Source of the DNA: Flavobacteriales bacterium
GTDB taxonomy: Bacteria > Bacteroidota > Bacteroidia > Flavobacteriales > UBA7312
NCBI GenBank assembly: GCA_965661345.1
Contig: CBFIDK010000001.1
Coordinates: forward strand, 3,896-67,895
Direction of reading: 5' to 3'
Length of the DNA: 64,000 nt
Positions 31,750-41,823 of this stretch are shown here, piece after piece. Under the pieces are notes generated by a model. It was not told where the DNA came from, made no database searches, and worked only from the letters and a program-made list of their open reading frames with translations. Made by a program: the position numbers and the translations under genes. Position 1 is the first letter of the stretch. Each line of letters starts with the position of its first letter.

Positions 31750-33129
31750 ATGCCACAACTCCAGAACACTATTTTATCAGAGAATAAACTCAATGGAGTA
31801 GGACTTCACACGGGCCTTAATACAAATATTACCTTTAAACCTGCAAAAGTAAATAGTGGCATTTGCTTCGTTCGTACTGATTTAGAAGGTCAGCCTAAGA
31901 TTATCGCGAATTTGGCTAACTTCTTCGAAGCAAAAAGAAGTACTCATTTAAAATGTGGTGACGCAACCGTACAAACAACTGAACATTTATTAGCAGCTAT
32001 CAAAGGGCTTGAAATTGATAATCTGACTATTGAAATTGACGGCCCCGAACTACCAATACTTGATGGAAGTTCAAAACCATTTGTTGAAGCTCTACAGAAA
32101 TGTGGAATAAAAGAACAAAACGCCAACAAGAAAATATTTAAAGTCAATAAAACATATTATTTTAAAGACGAAGAAACCCAAAGTGAATACTCATTAGAGC
32201 CTTATAACGGATTTAAAATTGACGTTACCATTGACTACAATTCTAAAGTATTACCAAAATCTCATGCATGCCTAAACTCAATTGATGACTTTGTCAATGA
32301 AATTTCCCCATCAAGAACTTTTGTTTTTTTACATGAGATACAAAGCCTATTTAATAATGGATTAATTAAAGGCGGAGATTTAAGTAACGCAATAGTTTTT
32401 GTAGAAGATGAAGTAAATTCTAAAGAACTTTTTAAATTAGCAGATGTATTTAATAAAAAAGATATTTCGGTAAAAGAACAAGGAATATTAAATAATGTAG
32501 ATTTATATTTTGAAAATGAACCAGCAAGACATAAACTTTTAGATGTCATTGGTGACCTTGCACTAATGGGATTATCCATTCAAGGACATCTCAAAATCAC
32601 TAAACCTGGTCATAAATCAAATATAGCATTTGCAAATAAAATTACGCAGATAATGAAAACAGAAGCACCATTTATTGATCTTAATCAAACTCCTGTAAAA
32701 GACATCAATCAAATTATGGAAATGTTACCTCATAGGCCTCCATTTCTATTGATTGATAAAATAATGGATTTAAGCGACACACATGTTGTTGGGCTTAAAA
32801 ATGTAACCATGAATGAAGAATTCTTTCGAGGTCACTTCCCAGGAGCCCCTGTTATGCCAGGTGTTTTACTGATTGAAGCAATGGCGCAAACAGGCGGCGT
32901 ACTTATTCTGAGTACAGTTCCCGATCCAGAAAATTACTTGACATATTTTATGAAAATTGACAAGGTAAAATTTAAACAAAAAGTACTTCCTGGTGATACC
33001 GTAATATTTGACTGTGAGCTACTTAGCCCTATAAGACGAGGCATTTGTCACATGTTTGGACAAGCGTATGTAGGTGATAAATTAGTCATGGAAGCCGAAT
33101 TAATGGCTCAAATTAAAAAAGTAAAATAG
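31750..33129 (+). CDS. lpxC: Bifunctional LpxC deacetylase / FabZ dehydratase
   Basis: GVGLHTG, TEHLL, RHKLLD (LpxC); LPHRPPFLLID, GHFP, PGVLLIEAMAQ (FabZ). Confidence 0.95.
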   Translation: MPQLQNTILSENKLNGVGLHTGLNTNITFKPAKVNSGICFVRTDLEGQPKIIANLANFFEAKRSTHLKCGDATVQTTEHLLAAIKGLEIDNLTIEIDGPELPILDGSSKPFVEALQKCGIKEQNANKKIFKVNKTYYFKDEETQSEYSLEPYNGFKIDVTIDYNSKVLPKSHACLNSIDDFVNEISPSRTFVFLHEIQSLFNNGLIKGGDLSNAIVFVEDEVNSKELFKLADVFNKKDISVKEQGILNNVDLYFENEPARHKLLDVIGDLALMGLSIQGHLKITKPGHKSNIAFANKITQIMKTEAPFIDLNQTPVKDINQIMEMLPHRPPFLLIDKIMDLSDTHVVGLKNVTMNEEFFRGHFPGAPVMPGVLLIEAMAQTGGVLILSTVPDPENYLTYFMKIDKVKFKQKVLPGDTVIFDCELLSPIRRGICHMFGQAYVGDKLVMEAELMAQIKKVK

Positions 33130-33133
33130 CCCA

Positions 33134-33913
33134 ATGTCAACAAATCTAACAGATATTCATCCAAATGCTAAAATTGGAAAAAATGTTTCTATTGATTCAT
33201 TTACTACCATTCATGAAGATGTAGAGATTGGTGATGGCACTTGGATAGGTTCTAACGTAACAATAATGAACGGTGCTAGAATAGGAGAAAATTGTAAAAT
33301 TTTTCCTGGCAGTGTTATTTCTGCAATTCCTCAAGATTTAAAATTTGGCGGTGAAGATAGCATAGTAACTATTGGCGATAACACCACCGTTAGAGAGTGC
33401 GTTACTATTAACAGAGCAACTAATTATAGCGGAGTTACCTCTGTAGGAAAAAATTGCCTGATCATGGCGTACGTACACATTGCACACGATTGTCACATTG
33501 GCGATTACGCCATATTAGTTAACAGCGTCCAATTAGGAGGGCATGTAGAAGTTGGGCAACATACTATAATCGGTGGAATAAGTGCTGTTCATCAATTCGT
33601 TAAAATAGGAGCATACTGCATGATATCGGGTGGCTCATTAGTAAGAAAAGACGTTCCGCCTTATATTAAAGTAGCAAAAGAACCCCTTACATTTATTGGA
33701 ATTAATGCTATCGGACTTAAACGTAAAAAGTTTTCAGAAGAGAAAATAAATGAAATACAAAATATGTACAGAATTATTTTTCAAGACAGCTTCAATTATA
33801 CTCAAGCAACTGAAAAAATTAAAGCCGATTTTGAACCCTCAACAGAAAGAGATTCAATAATCAGCTTTATTAATGAATCTGACAGAGGAATAATTAAAGG
33901 ACAAAAAAAGTAA
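33134..33913 (+). CDS. lpxA: UDP-GlcNAc O-acyltransferase
   Basis: PQDLKF, HIAHDC, HQF, hexapeptide repeats. Confidence 0.96.
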   Translation: MSTNLTDIHPNAKIGKNVSIDSFTTIHEDVEIGDGTWIGSNVTIMNGARIGENCKIFPGSVISAIPQDLKFGGEDSIVTIGDNTTVRECVTINRATNYSGVTSVGKNCLIMAYVHIAHDCHIGDYAILVNSVQLGGHVEVGQHTIIGGISAVHQFVKIGAYCMISGGSLVRKDVPPYIKVAKEPLTFIGINAIGLKRKKFSEEKINEIQNMYRIIFQDSFNYTQATEKIKADFEPSTERDSIISFINESDRGIIKGQKK

Positions 33914-33917
33914 TACT

Positions 33918-34484
33918 ATGGCATCAACATCAGATTTTAGAAACGGACTTTGCATAAAATTTAATAACGATTTATGGCAGATTATTGAATTTCAACACGT
34001 AAAACCTGGAAAAGGACCAGCATTTGTCCGAACAAAACTGAAAAATTTAAGCAACGGAAGACGTTTAGATAATACATTTAATGCAGGAGTAAAAATTGAT
34101 GTGGTAAGGATTGAAAATAGAAAGCATCAGTTTTTGTATGCCGATGGCGACTCCTATCATTTTATGAATACCGATAACTATGAACAAGTGTTTTTAGATA
34201 AAAGTCTGATAAATGCCCCAGATTTTTTAAAAGAAGGCGAAAATGCTGACATCCTATTTCATGCAGATGAAGAAAGAATATTAGGATGCGAACTTCCAGC
34301 ATCTGTTGTTTTAGAAGTTACTTATACCGAGCCAGGCATAAAAGGTGATACTGCAACAAACGCCTTAAAACCGTCAACTGTAGAAACAGGCGCAACCGTT
34401 AATGTTCCTCTATTTATAAATATCGGCGACAAAATAAAAATTGACACTAGGACGGGCGCATATTCTGAACGAGTCAAAAGCTAA
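33918..34484 (+). CDS. efp: Elongation factor P
   Basis: HVKPGKGPAFVR, PGIKGDTA, VPLFI. Confidence 0.97.
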   Translation: MASTSDFRNGLCIKFNNDLWQIIEFQHVKPGKGPAFVRTKLKNLSNGRRLDNTFNAGVKIDVVRIENRKHQFLYADGDSYHFMNTDNYEQVFLDKSLINAPDFLKEGENADILFHADEERILGCELPASVVLEVTYTEPGIKGDTATNALKPSTVETGATVNVPLFINIGDKIKIDTRTGAYSERVKS

Positions 34485-35084
34485 ATGCTAAAGCCCTTTT
34501 ACAAAAAAGGAGTAGTTGAAGCCGGTTGTGATGAAGCTGGCAGAGGATGTTTGGCCGGCCCAGTTGTTGCCGCTGCAGTAGTGTTACCAAAAAAAACAAA
34601 CCTAAAAGATCTTAACGACTCAAAAGTTTTAAGTCATAAAAAACGACTTGAGCTTGAACCTCTAATTAAAGAACAAGCAGTAGAGTGGGCAATTGGTATT
34701 GTTTCGCCTAAAGAAATTGATGAAATTAATATTCTGAATGCTTCTTTTTTAGCAATGCATAGAGCAATTGACCAACTAAACACCAAAATAGATTTACTAC
34801 TAATCGATGGAAATAGATTTAACACATATAAAACCATTCAACATGAGTGTATTGTAAAAGGCGATTCAAAGTTTCTTTCTATTGCCGCTGCCTCAGTATT
34901 GGCAAAAAATCACAGGGATAGCATCATGATTGAGTACGATAAGGTTTTTCCCATTTACGATTGGAAAAATAATAAGGGCTACCCTACTGCAAAACACAGA
35001 GAAGCAATTTTAAAAATAGGAATTAGCAAATATCATCGAAAAAGTTTTCAGCTACTACCTGTGCAGTATGAAATTGAATTTTAA
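34485..35084 (+). CDS. rnhB: Ribonuclease HII
   Basis: DEAGRG, DSK, IDG, IAAASVLAK, KGY. Confidence 0.95.
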   Translation: MLKPFYKKGVVEAGCDEAGRGCLAGPVVAAAVVLPKKTNLKDLNDSKVLSHKKRLELEPLIKEQAVEWAIGIVSPKEIDEINILNASFLAMHRAIDQLNTKIDLLLIDGNRFNTYKTIQHECIVKGDSKFLSIAAASVLAKNHRDSIMIEYDKVFPIYDWKNNKGYPTAKHREAILKIGISKYHRKSFQLLPVQYEIEF

Positions 35085-35085
35085 C

Positions 35086-35093
35086 TAAATTTG
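35086..35093 (+). promoter_or_regulatory. -7 promoter element TAAATTTG
   Basis: TAnnTTTG 20 nt upstream of ATG 35114. Confidence 0.55.
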
Positions 35094-35113
35094 ACTGTCA
35101 TTTTCAAAAAACT

Positions 35114-37750
35114 ATGAAGCAAAATAAAAATATAATTTCTATAAGTTTTATACTCCTATTGATAGTGATATTCTTCATGATATTTCAAAAGTATCAAGAG
35201 CTTAATCAAGTTGAAACTGATGCTATTCAAGCAGTCCCTATCAATGCGGCTGTGATAATAGAAAGTGACGATTGGAGCACTTCAGTTAATGAACTTAAAA
35301 ATTCAACAATATGGAATACCATTACCCAAAACACCAACTGGGTAGATGTTGACTCTTCCATTGATAATGTCAAAAATAAATTAGAAAATTCACTAGAATT
35401 AAAACACTTTGTTGAAAATCAAAAACTATACCTTTCACTTCATCATTCAACAAATTCGTACTATTACTTTATATCAACTTTTTGCTCTCAAAAGGATATT
35501 GACTTTATATTAGCCAATGACTCTACAATAGGCACTTATGAAATGCGAGAATACGATGGTATATTAATTTATAAACTGTCTAATAATATAAACTTATGCT
35601 ATCAAAATAATATCCTATTCTTTAGTAATTCGGAACTACTTGTTGAAGATGGTATTCGTCAATTAAACAATAATATTAGCTTACTTGAAAACTCATCTTT
35701 TACTCAAGTACAAAGCACTAAAAGCTCATTTGTAAAAACACATGTTTATGTGAATTATAAATACCTTTCAAAACTAATTTCACAGAATACATCAATTGAC
35801 AACACTGACATTAGATGGATTAGCCGTTGGGCAAGTTGGGCAGAATTAGATTTAGAAATTTCTAATAAAGACCTCACCTTTTCTGGCTTTACTCTTGTTG
35901 AAGATTCTTCATCAAATTATCTAACTTCTCTCTTCGGACAGCTAGAACAAAAAATTCAAATTAGTGAAATTGCTCCACGAAATACAAGTAAAATTTTAGC
36001 ACTTGGTATTGAAGATGTTAGGATGTTCTATTCCAACTACAGAGAGTTTCTAGCAAAACATAATAACCTTTATGAACACAACAAAGCTATTAGTGACATT
36101 AACAGCAAGTATGACTTAGAAATTGAAAATTCATTCAATAGCATAATTAAAAATGAAATGGGTCAATTGACCACTCATTCATCATCTGGAAAAACAGAAC
36201 ACTACTTGTTCTTTAAAACTGATAAAGAATCACAAGAAGTCATTAGTTTCATGAGTACATCTATCGCAAATAGTAATTACTCTGAGGAATATAGAGGCTT
36301 TAAAATTGGTCAACTTAACATCCCACATCTGTTTAAAAAGTTATACGGATACATCTTTAAATCTGTAAAAAACAACTACTTTACATGGATTGAGGGCTAT
36401 CTTATTTTTTCCGATTCTCCTGCTGAACTCAAAGCCTTCATAAATAACTTTTTATCTGAAAAAGTATTAAGTAACAATCCCAGCTTCATAAACTTCAAAG
36501 ATAAAATTGGAACAAAATGTAACTTCATGATGTATTCAAACCCTTCTATTGGAAACTGGGGAGATGCATTAAATGAAAACATTAACCCCATGATACTTGA
36601 TGAAAATTGGACAAATATCAATGGGTTTATCTACCAATTAAGCTCAAAAAACGAGTTATTTTACAACAATGTAGTTTTACATTTTGAGGACAACCTACAA
36701 GAAGAAAGTCAGTTAGATTGGATTGTAGACTTAGAAAATACTATCATCAATTCTCCGCAAATTGTTTACAACCATTCTACAAGGAAAAATAACGTTATCA
36801 TTCAAGATGCCAATAAGACAACTTACCTTATTGACGAAAAAGGAAAGGAATTGTGGCGGAAAAATATTGGCGGAAAAATATTGGATAATGTAAGCCAAAT
36901 TGACTTCTACAAGAATGGAAAACTACAATACCTTTTCAATACTGAAGATAGTTTGTACGTCTTAGATCGCTTAGGCAGAAATGTAGAAAACTTTCCAGTG
37001 AGCTTAATTTCCAAAGCAAAAAGAGGCCACACTCTAGTAGATTACGATAAAAATAGAAAATATAGAATCTTAATTCCTTCACAAGACGGAATGCTATACA
37101 ATTACTCTAAAAATGGAGAACAGGTTACTGGTTGGAAATTTGAGCCAATGAAAAACCCAATAACCCATCAGGTAAAGTACTTTTCTGTTTCAGGAAGAGA
37201 TTTTATTTATGCCGTTGACAATTCTGGCAATGTTAGTGTAGTTGGAAGAAGCGGTGTACGACGATCTAAAATTCATAACATCCCGATTACTGATGATTTT
37301 TATGTCGATGAAAAATCAGGGCACATTTACTCCTCCGATTCTGCAGGAAATATTTTTCAAACCAATTTAAATAATGCTACAAAAAAGAAAATTAAAACAT
37401 CAGAAATGGACTTCCATAAGTTTGTCGCAGCAAAATTCAATAACGATGACCTCATGGATTTACTTATTTCAGATGGTGAGGAAGTCGAGTGTTTTAACCT
37501 TGAAAATAAAATAATGTCTTTTGATGTTGCCTCGGAAAAAGCACCAAAGGTGTTCAAGTTTAAAGATAAATCTATTATTGGTATTTCTAGCAATGGGTAT
37601 TGTCACTTGTATTCCTCTGATGAATCGCCTTTAACCAAAAAACCTCTTTTTGGTGGTGGTGAATTTGTCTGCGTAGATTTAGATAAAGATGGAAAGCTTA
37701 ACCTTATTGTGATCAACGAGAATATTCTAAATAACTATACATTAGAATAA
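35114..37750 (+). CDS. Membrane-anchored protein, DUF3352-like N-terminus and beta-propeller-like C-terminus
   Basis: N-terminal TM, AVPINAA, IDFYKNGKLQY, DYDKNRKY, DLDKDGK repeats. Confidence 0.65.
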   Translation: MKQNKNIISISFILLLIVIFFMIFQKYQELNQVETDAIQAVPINAAVIIESDDWSTSVNELKNSTIWNTITQNTNWVDVDSSIDNVKNKLENSLELKHFVENQKLYLSLHHSTNSYYYFISTFCSQKDIDFILANDSTIGTYEMREYDGILIYKLSNNINLCYQNNILFFSNSELLVEDGIRQLNNNISLLENSSFTQVQSTKSSFVKTHVYVNYKYLSKLISQNTSIDNTDIRWISRWASWAELDLEISNKDLTFSGFTLVEDSSSNYLTSLFGQLEQKIQISEIAPRNTSKILALGIEDVRMFYSNYREFLAKHNNLYEHNKAISDINSKYDLEIENSFNSIIKNEMGQLTTHSSSGKTEHYLFFKTDKESQEVISFMSTSIANSNYSEEYRGFKIGQLNIPHLFKKLYGYIFKSVKNNYFTWIEGYLIFSDSPAELKAFINNFLSEKVLSNNPSFINFKDKIGTKCNFMMYSNPSIGNWGDALNENINPMILDENWTNINGFIYQLSSKNELFYNNVVLHFEDNLQEESQLDWIVDLENTIINSPQIVYNHSTRKNNVIIQDANKTTYLIDEKGKELWRKNIGGKILDNVSQIDFYKNGKLQYLFNTEDSLYVLDRLGRNVENFPVSLISKAKRGHTLVDYDKNRKYRILIPSQDGMLYNYSKNGEQVTGWKFEPMKNPITHQVKYFSVSGRDFIYAVDNSGNVSVVGRSGVRRSKIHNIPITDDFYVDEKSGHIYSSDSAGNIFQTNLNNATKKKIKTSEMDFHKFVAAKFNNDDLMDLLISDGEEVECFNLENKIMSFDVASEKAPKVFKFKDKSIIGISSNGYCHLYSSDESPLTKKPLFGGGEFVCVDLDKDGKLNLIVINENILNNYTLE

Positions 37751-37752
37751 AA

Positions 37753-38616
37753 TTACCTCAATAATCCAATTGAAATTGTAGGATTAAAATTCTTGCCATC
37801 AACTGATGATATACTCATTCTTACATTTAACTTTTTTCGTTTTACGGGCAAGAAGAAGTGTGTTGCAATACCATAATTTGCTTTAAACTCAATGGCATTT
37901 GCATCTCCTAAAGCCGATTGAACACCAGACTCAAGACCAAAACCTACTCTAGAATTTAATAAATATCCACCGCCTATCATAAGGCTTACATCTTCAAATG
38001 AAGATGAAAGTCGACCGCTCAAGTAGTATTTTTTTTCTTCCTTGATAAGTACGTAAGATTGAGATATAACATCTTTCCAACCGATAGAAAACCCTCCATA
38101 TATGTGTTTTTCTGTAAGCTGTCCTTTGTCAATTTGACTCAAATCATTGTCTTCAATAATTCTAATAAGATGTTTTGCATAATCGGGATTTGTTGCATAC
38201 CCAGCCTTCTTCAATCCTCTAGCCCATGATTTGTAATCCTCTATGTTTAGCTTAAACAAATCGGCATAACGCTCTTTTAACAAAAATTTAGAGTGGTCTT
38301 CGAAGGACTGTTCAACATTATCGTACGCTCTAAAACATTCGCCTTCTTCATCGTCATCGTGATAGACCTTCTCCCCTTCCCAGCTAGAATGGCATTTAAT
38401 CCCAAAATGATTATTGGAATTTTTTGCTAATTCGCTGTTTCCATCGGCGCTCTCAAGAATGGCTTGTGCCAAAGTAATACTGGCAGGAATATTGTATTTT
38501 TTCATCTGACTTATAGCCTCTCTTTTGTAGCGCTCAATATATTCACTTCGGCTCATATTTTGAGAAAAAAGATGCTGTCCCAAAATTAAAAACAGTATCA
38601 AAAGTCTATTTTCCAT
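37753..38616 (-). CDS. GH73 glucosaminidase (peptidoglycan hydrolase) with atypical C-terminal domain
   Basis: IPASITLAQAILES, NNHFGIK, GYATNPDYA. Confidence 0.88.
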   Translation of the reverse strand: MENRLLILFLILGQHLFSQNMSRSEYIERYKREAISQMKKYNIPASITLAQAILESADGNSELAKNSNNHFGIKCHSSWEGEKVYHDDDEEGECFRAYDNVEQSFEDHSKFLLKERYADLFKLNIEDYKSWARGLKKAGYATNPDYAKHLIRIIEDNDLSQIDKGQLTEKHIYGGFSIGWKDVISQSYVLIKEEKKYYLSGRLSSSFEDVSLMIGGGYLLNSRVGFGLESGVQSALGDANAIEFKANYGIATHFFLPVKRKKLNVRMSISSVDGKNFNPTISIGLLR

Positions 38617-39491
38617 CCTTTAGATTTTATACGTTCGTTCATGCCCTCAATTCCTTGAGTCCCTCCAGTATGAATCGCTAAAATAGTACTATTTGGCGGA
38701 ATCAAATCTCTTTTTACAATATCAAAAATGCCATAAAACATCTTTGCTGTATAGATAGGATCTAACACTATTGAATGTTGTTTTTTAAATTGATTCATAA
38801 AGTCAATAAGTTCCTCTGAAACCTTAGCATACCCTCCGAAATGATAATCAGAATTTAACTTCCAATTTTTAGAATCAACGTATTTTTCAATAGTTTCATT
38901 CAAGAAATCGCCCCCTTTCAATGATGAAAAACCAATAGCAAACTGATGATCTTTTAAAGCATTTACTACCCCAGAAAGTGTGCCACCTGTGCCCACTGGC
39001 ACACATACGATATCAAATTCAGAATCTTGAAGCATTTCTGAGCACCCTTTAACGGCTAATTGGTTTGTACCACCCTCTGGAACTACATAACAATTTTCAA
39101 AATGTTGATGCCAATCGATTTGGTCTTTTAATCTGTATTGTTGTCTATCTACAAATTTAAACGTCATGCCAAAATCAGCCGCTTTTTTTAATGTTGGATT
39201 TTGCTTTGAAAGCGCTTCACCCCTTATTATTCCTATAGAATTCAATCCCAATCGCTGACAGGCTGAAGCGGTAGCGACAATATGATTAGAATATGCGCCG
39301 CCAAATGTCAATACAGTATCGTTCTTTAATTCTATGGCTTTTTTAAGATTATATTTAAGCTTCCACCACTTATTTCCCATACAATCCTTATCATTCATAT
39401 CCTCTCTTTGTATCATTAACCTCACCCTTTTAGAAGATAATAATGGTGAAACAAGTTCAACAATAGATTGTTTTTTAACTTCGGAAAACAT
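38598..39491 (-). CDS. PLP-dependent ACC deaminase/D-cysteine desulfhydrase family protein
   Basis: GNKWWK, GGAYSNH, PEGG, GTGGT, LDPIYT, IHTGG. Confidence 0.9.
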   Translation of the reverse strand: MFSEVKKQSIVELVSPLLSSKRVRLMIQREDMNDKDCMGNKWWKLKYNLKKAIELKNDTVLTFGGAYSNHIVATASACQRLGLNSIGIIRGEALSKQNPTLKKAADFGMTFKFVDRQQYRLKDQIDWHQHFENCYVVPEGGTNQLAVKGCSEMLQDSEFDIVCVPVGTGGTLSGVVNALKDHQFAIGFSSLKGGDFLNETIEKYVDSKNWKLNSDYHFGGYAKVSEELIDFMNQFKKQHSIVLDPIYTAKMFYGIFDIVKRDLIPPNSTILAIHTGGTQGIEGMNERIKSKGWKIDF

Positions 39492-39516
39492 CCTCTAATA
39501 TAAATAATGATTGTTG

Positions 39517-39524
39517 TAAATTTG
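39517..39524 (+). promoter_or_regulatory. -7 promoter element TAAATTTG
   Basis: TAnnTTTG upstream of 39542-hutU. Confidence 0.55.
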
Positions 39525-39541
39525 TACCTCAATAAAATTTA

Positions 39542-39727
39542 ATGTCAAACTTTTCTAATCAAGACAAACTTACGAATGAAGACTTCTACAAAAGTCGTGA
39601 GGGGTACATAATCTTTACAGAAAAATACCACCTTAAAAGAGGGTATTGCTGTAAAAGTGGTTGTAAGCATTGTCCCTATGGATATGATAAGAAAACAGAC
39701 TCTTTAACAAAAGGAAAGAAAAAATGA
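39542..39727 (+). CDS. DUF5522-like small Cys protein
   Basis: FTEKYHLKRGYCCKSGCKHCPY. Confidence 0.85.
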   Translation: MSNFSNQDKLTNEDFYKSREGYIIFTEKYHLKRGYCCKSGCKHCPYGYDKKTDSLTKGKKK

Positions 39728-41724
39728 GTGATTTCAAAAACAGTATATTAGAAGGCATCCCAAATGATATTCCAAATAAAAAAGAATTTGAACCAAGCAT
39801 CAATCATGCGCCTAAAAGAAAAGATATACTCAGTTTAGAGGAAAAAAAATTAGCAATAAAGAATGCATTAAGGTACTTTCCTAAAGATCAACACGAGTTT
39901 TTAGCCAAAGAGTTTTCTGAAGAACTTAAAGAGTTTGGTAGAATATACATGTACAGATATCGACCAGATTATGAAATGAAAGCTAGAAGCATTGACGATT
40001 ATCCTGGAAAATCAAATCAGGCCAAAGCCATAATGCTAATGATTCAGAATAATCTTGACTATGCCGTAGCTCAGCATCCTCATGAGTTAATTACGTATGG
40101 AGGAAATGGAGGTGTATTTCAAAATTGGGCACAGTATAGATTGTGTATGAAATACCTTGCCGAAATGACAGATGACCAAACCTTAGTTATGTATTCGGGT
40201 CACCCTATGGGACTATTCCCATCACATAAAGACGCTCCTAGAGTAGTCGTTACTAACGGAATGATGATACCCAACTATTCAAAACCTGACGATTGGGAAA
40301 AATTCAATGCACTTGGCGTTACACAATTCGGACAAATGACTGCTGGGTCATACATGTACATTGGGCCACAGGGTATTGTGCATGGAACAACAATTACCAT
40401 ACTAAATGCTGGTAGAAAAGTTTGTGATGACGGTCTAAGTGGAAAACTATTTCTAACTGCCGGTCTTGGTGGAATGAGTGGTGCTCAGCCAAAAGCTGGT
40501 AACATTGCTGGATGCATTACCGTTGTAGCAGAAGTAAATCCAAAAGCTACCCACACAAGACATAGCCAAGGATGGGTAGATGAATTAATTGAAGATCTAG
40601 ATGAACTTTGCCTAAGGGTAAGAAAAGCTAAAGAAGACAAAGAAGTCGTTTCCATAGCCTACCTTGGAAATATTGTTGATGTTTGGAAAAAGTTTCATGA
40701 GGAGGATATTTATGTTGACTTAGGTTCAGACCAAACCTCATTACACAACCCATGGGCAGGCGGATACTACCCTTTGGGGCTATCATTTGACGAAGCAAAT
40801 GATTTAATGGCGAATGAGCCTGAAAAATTTAAAATTGAAATACAAAAAACGCTGCGCCTTCATGCAGACTTAGTCAATAAACACACCGCAAAAGGTACAT
40901 ATTTCTTCGACTATGGAAACGCTTTTCTACTTGAATCTTCAAGAGCGGGTGCAGATATCATGACGGACGATAAACTCAAGTTTAAATACCCCTCTTATGT
41001 TCAAGACATTATGGGTCCAATGTGCTTTGACTATGGTTTTGGTCCTTTTAGATGGGTTTGTGCAAGTGGAAAATCGGAAGATTTATCGAAAACCGATGAA
41101 ATAGCCTGCCAAGTTTTAGAGAGGATTAAACAAACTGCTCCAAAAGAAATAAAGCAGCAAATGGAAGACAATATAAGGTGGATAAAAAGTGCAGAAGAAA
41201 ATAATCTGGTTGTAGGCTCTAAAGCACGAATTCTGTATGCCGACTCTGAAGGTAGAATAGAAATCGCAAAAGCCTTTAATAAAGCCATAAAGGAAGGTAT
41301 TATTGGCCCCGTAATTCTCGGAAGAGATCACCACGATGTTTCTGGGACAGACTCTCCTTATAGAGAAACATCTAATATATATGATGGATCAAGCTTTACT
41401 GCTGATATGGCAATACATAATGTTATTGGCGATAGCTTCAGAGGTGCTACATGGGTTTCTATTCACAATGGTGGTGGAGTTGGCTGGGGAGAAGTTATCA
41501 ATGGTGGATTTGGAATGTTAATAGATGGAAGTGATGAAAGCGATAAGCGTCTAAAAATGATGCTTCACTGGGACGTTAACAACGGTATTGCTAGAAGAAG
41601 TTGGGCGAGAAATGAAGAAGCAATTTTTGCTATAAAACGAGAAATGGAGAGAACTCCAAAGCTAAAAGTTACCATTCCAAATATAACTGATGATAAACTT
41701 TTAGATTCTTTAGAGTTAGATTAA
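39724..41724 (+). CDS. hutU: Urocanate hydratase (long form)
   Basis: GQMTAGS, GLGGMSGAQ, DQTS, FDYGN, GRDH, HNGGGVG. Confidence 0.96.
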   Translation: MSDFKNSILEGIPNDIPNKKEFEPSINHAPKRKDILSLEEKKLAIKNALRYFPKDQHEFLAKEFSEELKEFGRIYMYRYRPDYEMKARSIDDYPGKSNQAKAIMLMIQNNLDYAVAQHPHELITYGGNGGVFQNWAQYRLCMKYLAEMTDDQTLVMYSGHPMGLFPSHKDAPRVVVTNGMMIPNYSKPDDWEKFNALGVTQFGQMTAGSYMYIGPQGIVHGTTITILNAGRKVCDDGLSGKLFLTAGLGGMSGAQPKAGNIAGCITVVAEVNPKATHTRHSQGWVDELIEDLDELCLRVRKAKEDKEVVSIAYLGNIVDVWKKFHEEDIYVDLGSDQTSLHNPWAGGYYPLGLSFDEANDLMANEPEKFKIEIQKTLRLHADLVNKHTAKGTYFFDYGNAFLLESSRAGADIMTDDKLKFKYPSYVQDIMGPMCFDYGFGPFRWVCASGKSEDLSKTDEIACQVLERIKQTAPKEIKQQMEDNIRWIKSAEENNLVVGSKARILYADSEGRIEIAKAFNKAIKEGIIGPVILGRDHHDVSGTDSPYRETSNIYDGSSFTADMAIHNVIGDSFRGATWVSIHNGGGVGWGEVINGGFGMLIDGSDESDKRLKMMLHWDVNNGIARRSWARNEEAIFAIKREMERTPKLKVTIPNITDDKLLDSLELD

Positions 41725-41771
41725 TCTTTTTTTTCTAAATTTATTGACTGAATGGTAATGCATTTTACCAT

Positions 41772-41806
41772 GTAAAAAATGACGGCTTTTTTTCCGTCGT
41801 TTTTAC
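41772..41806. terminator. Hairpin after hutU (possible terminator)
   Basis: GTAAAAAATGACGG...CCGTCGTTTTTAC imperfect inverted repeat. Confidence 0.45.
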
Positions 41807-41823
41807 TTAAAGATGAGATATAC

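Noticed and set aside
31750-33129. LpxC-FabZ fusion
   Set aside because: This is standard in Bacteroidota.
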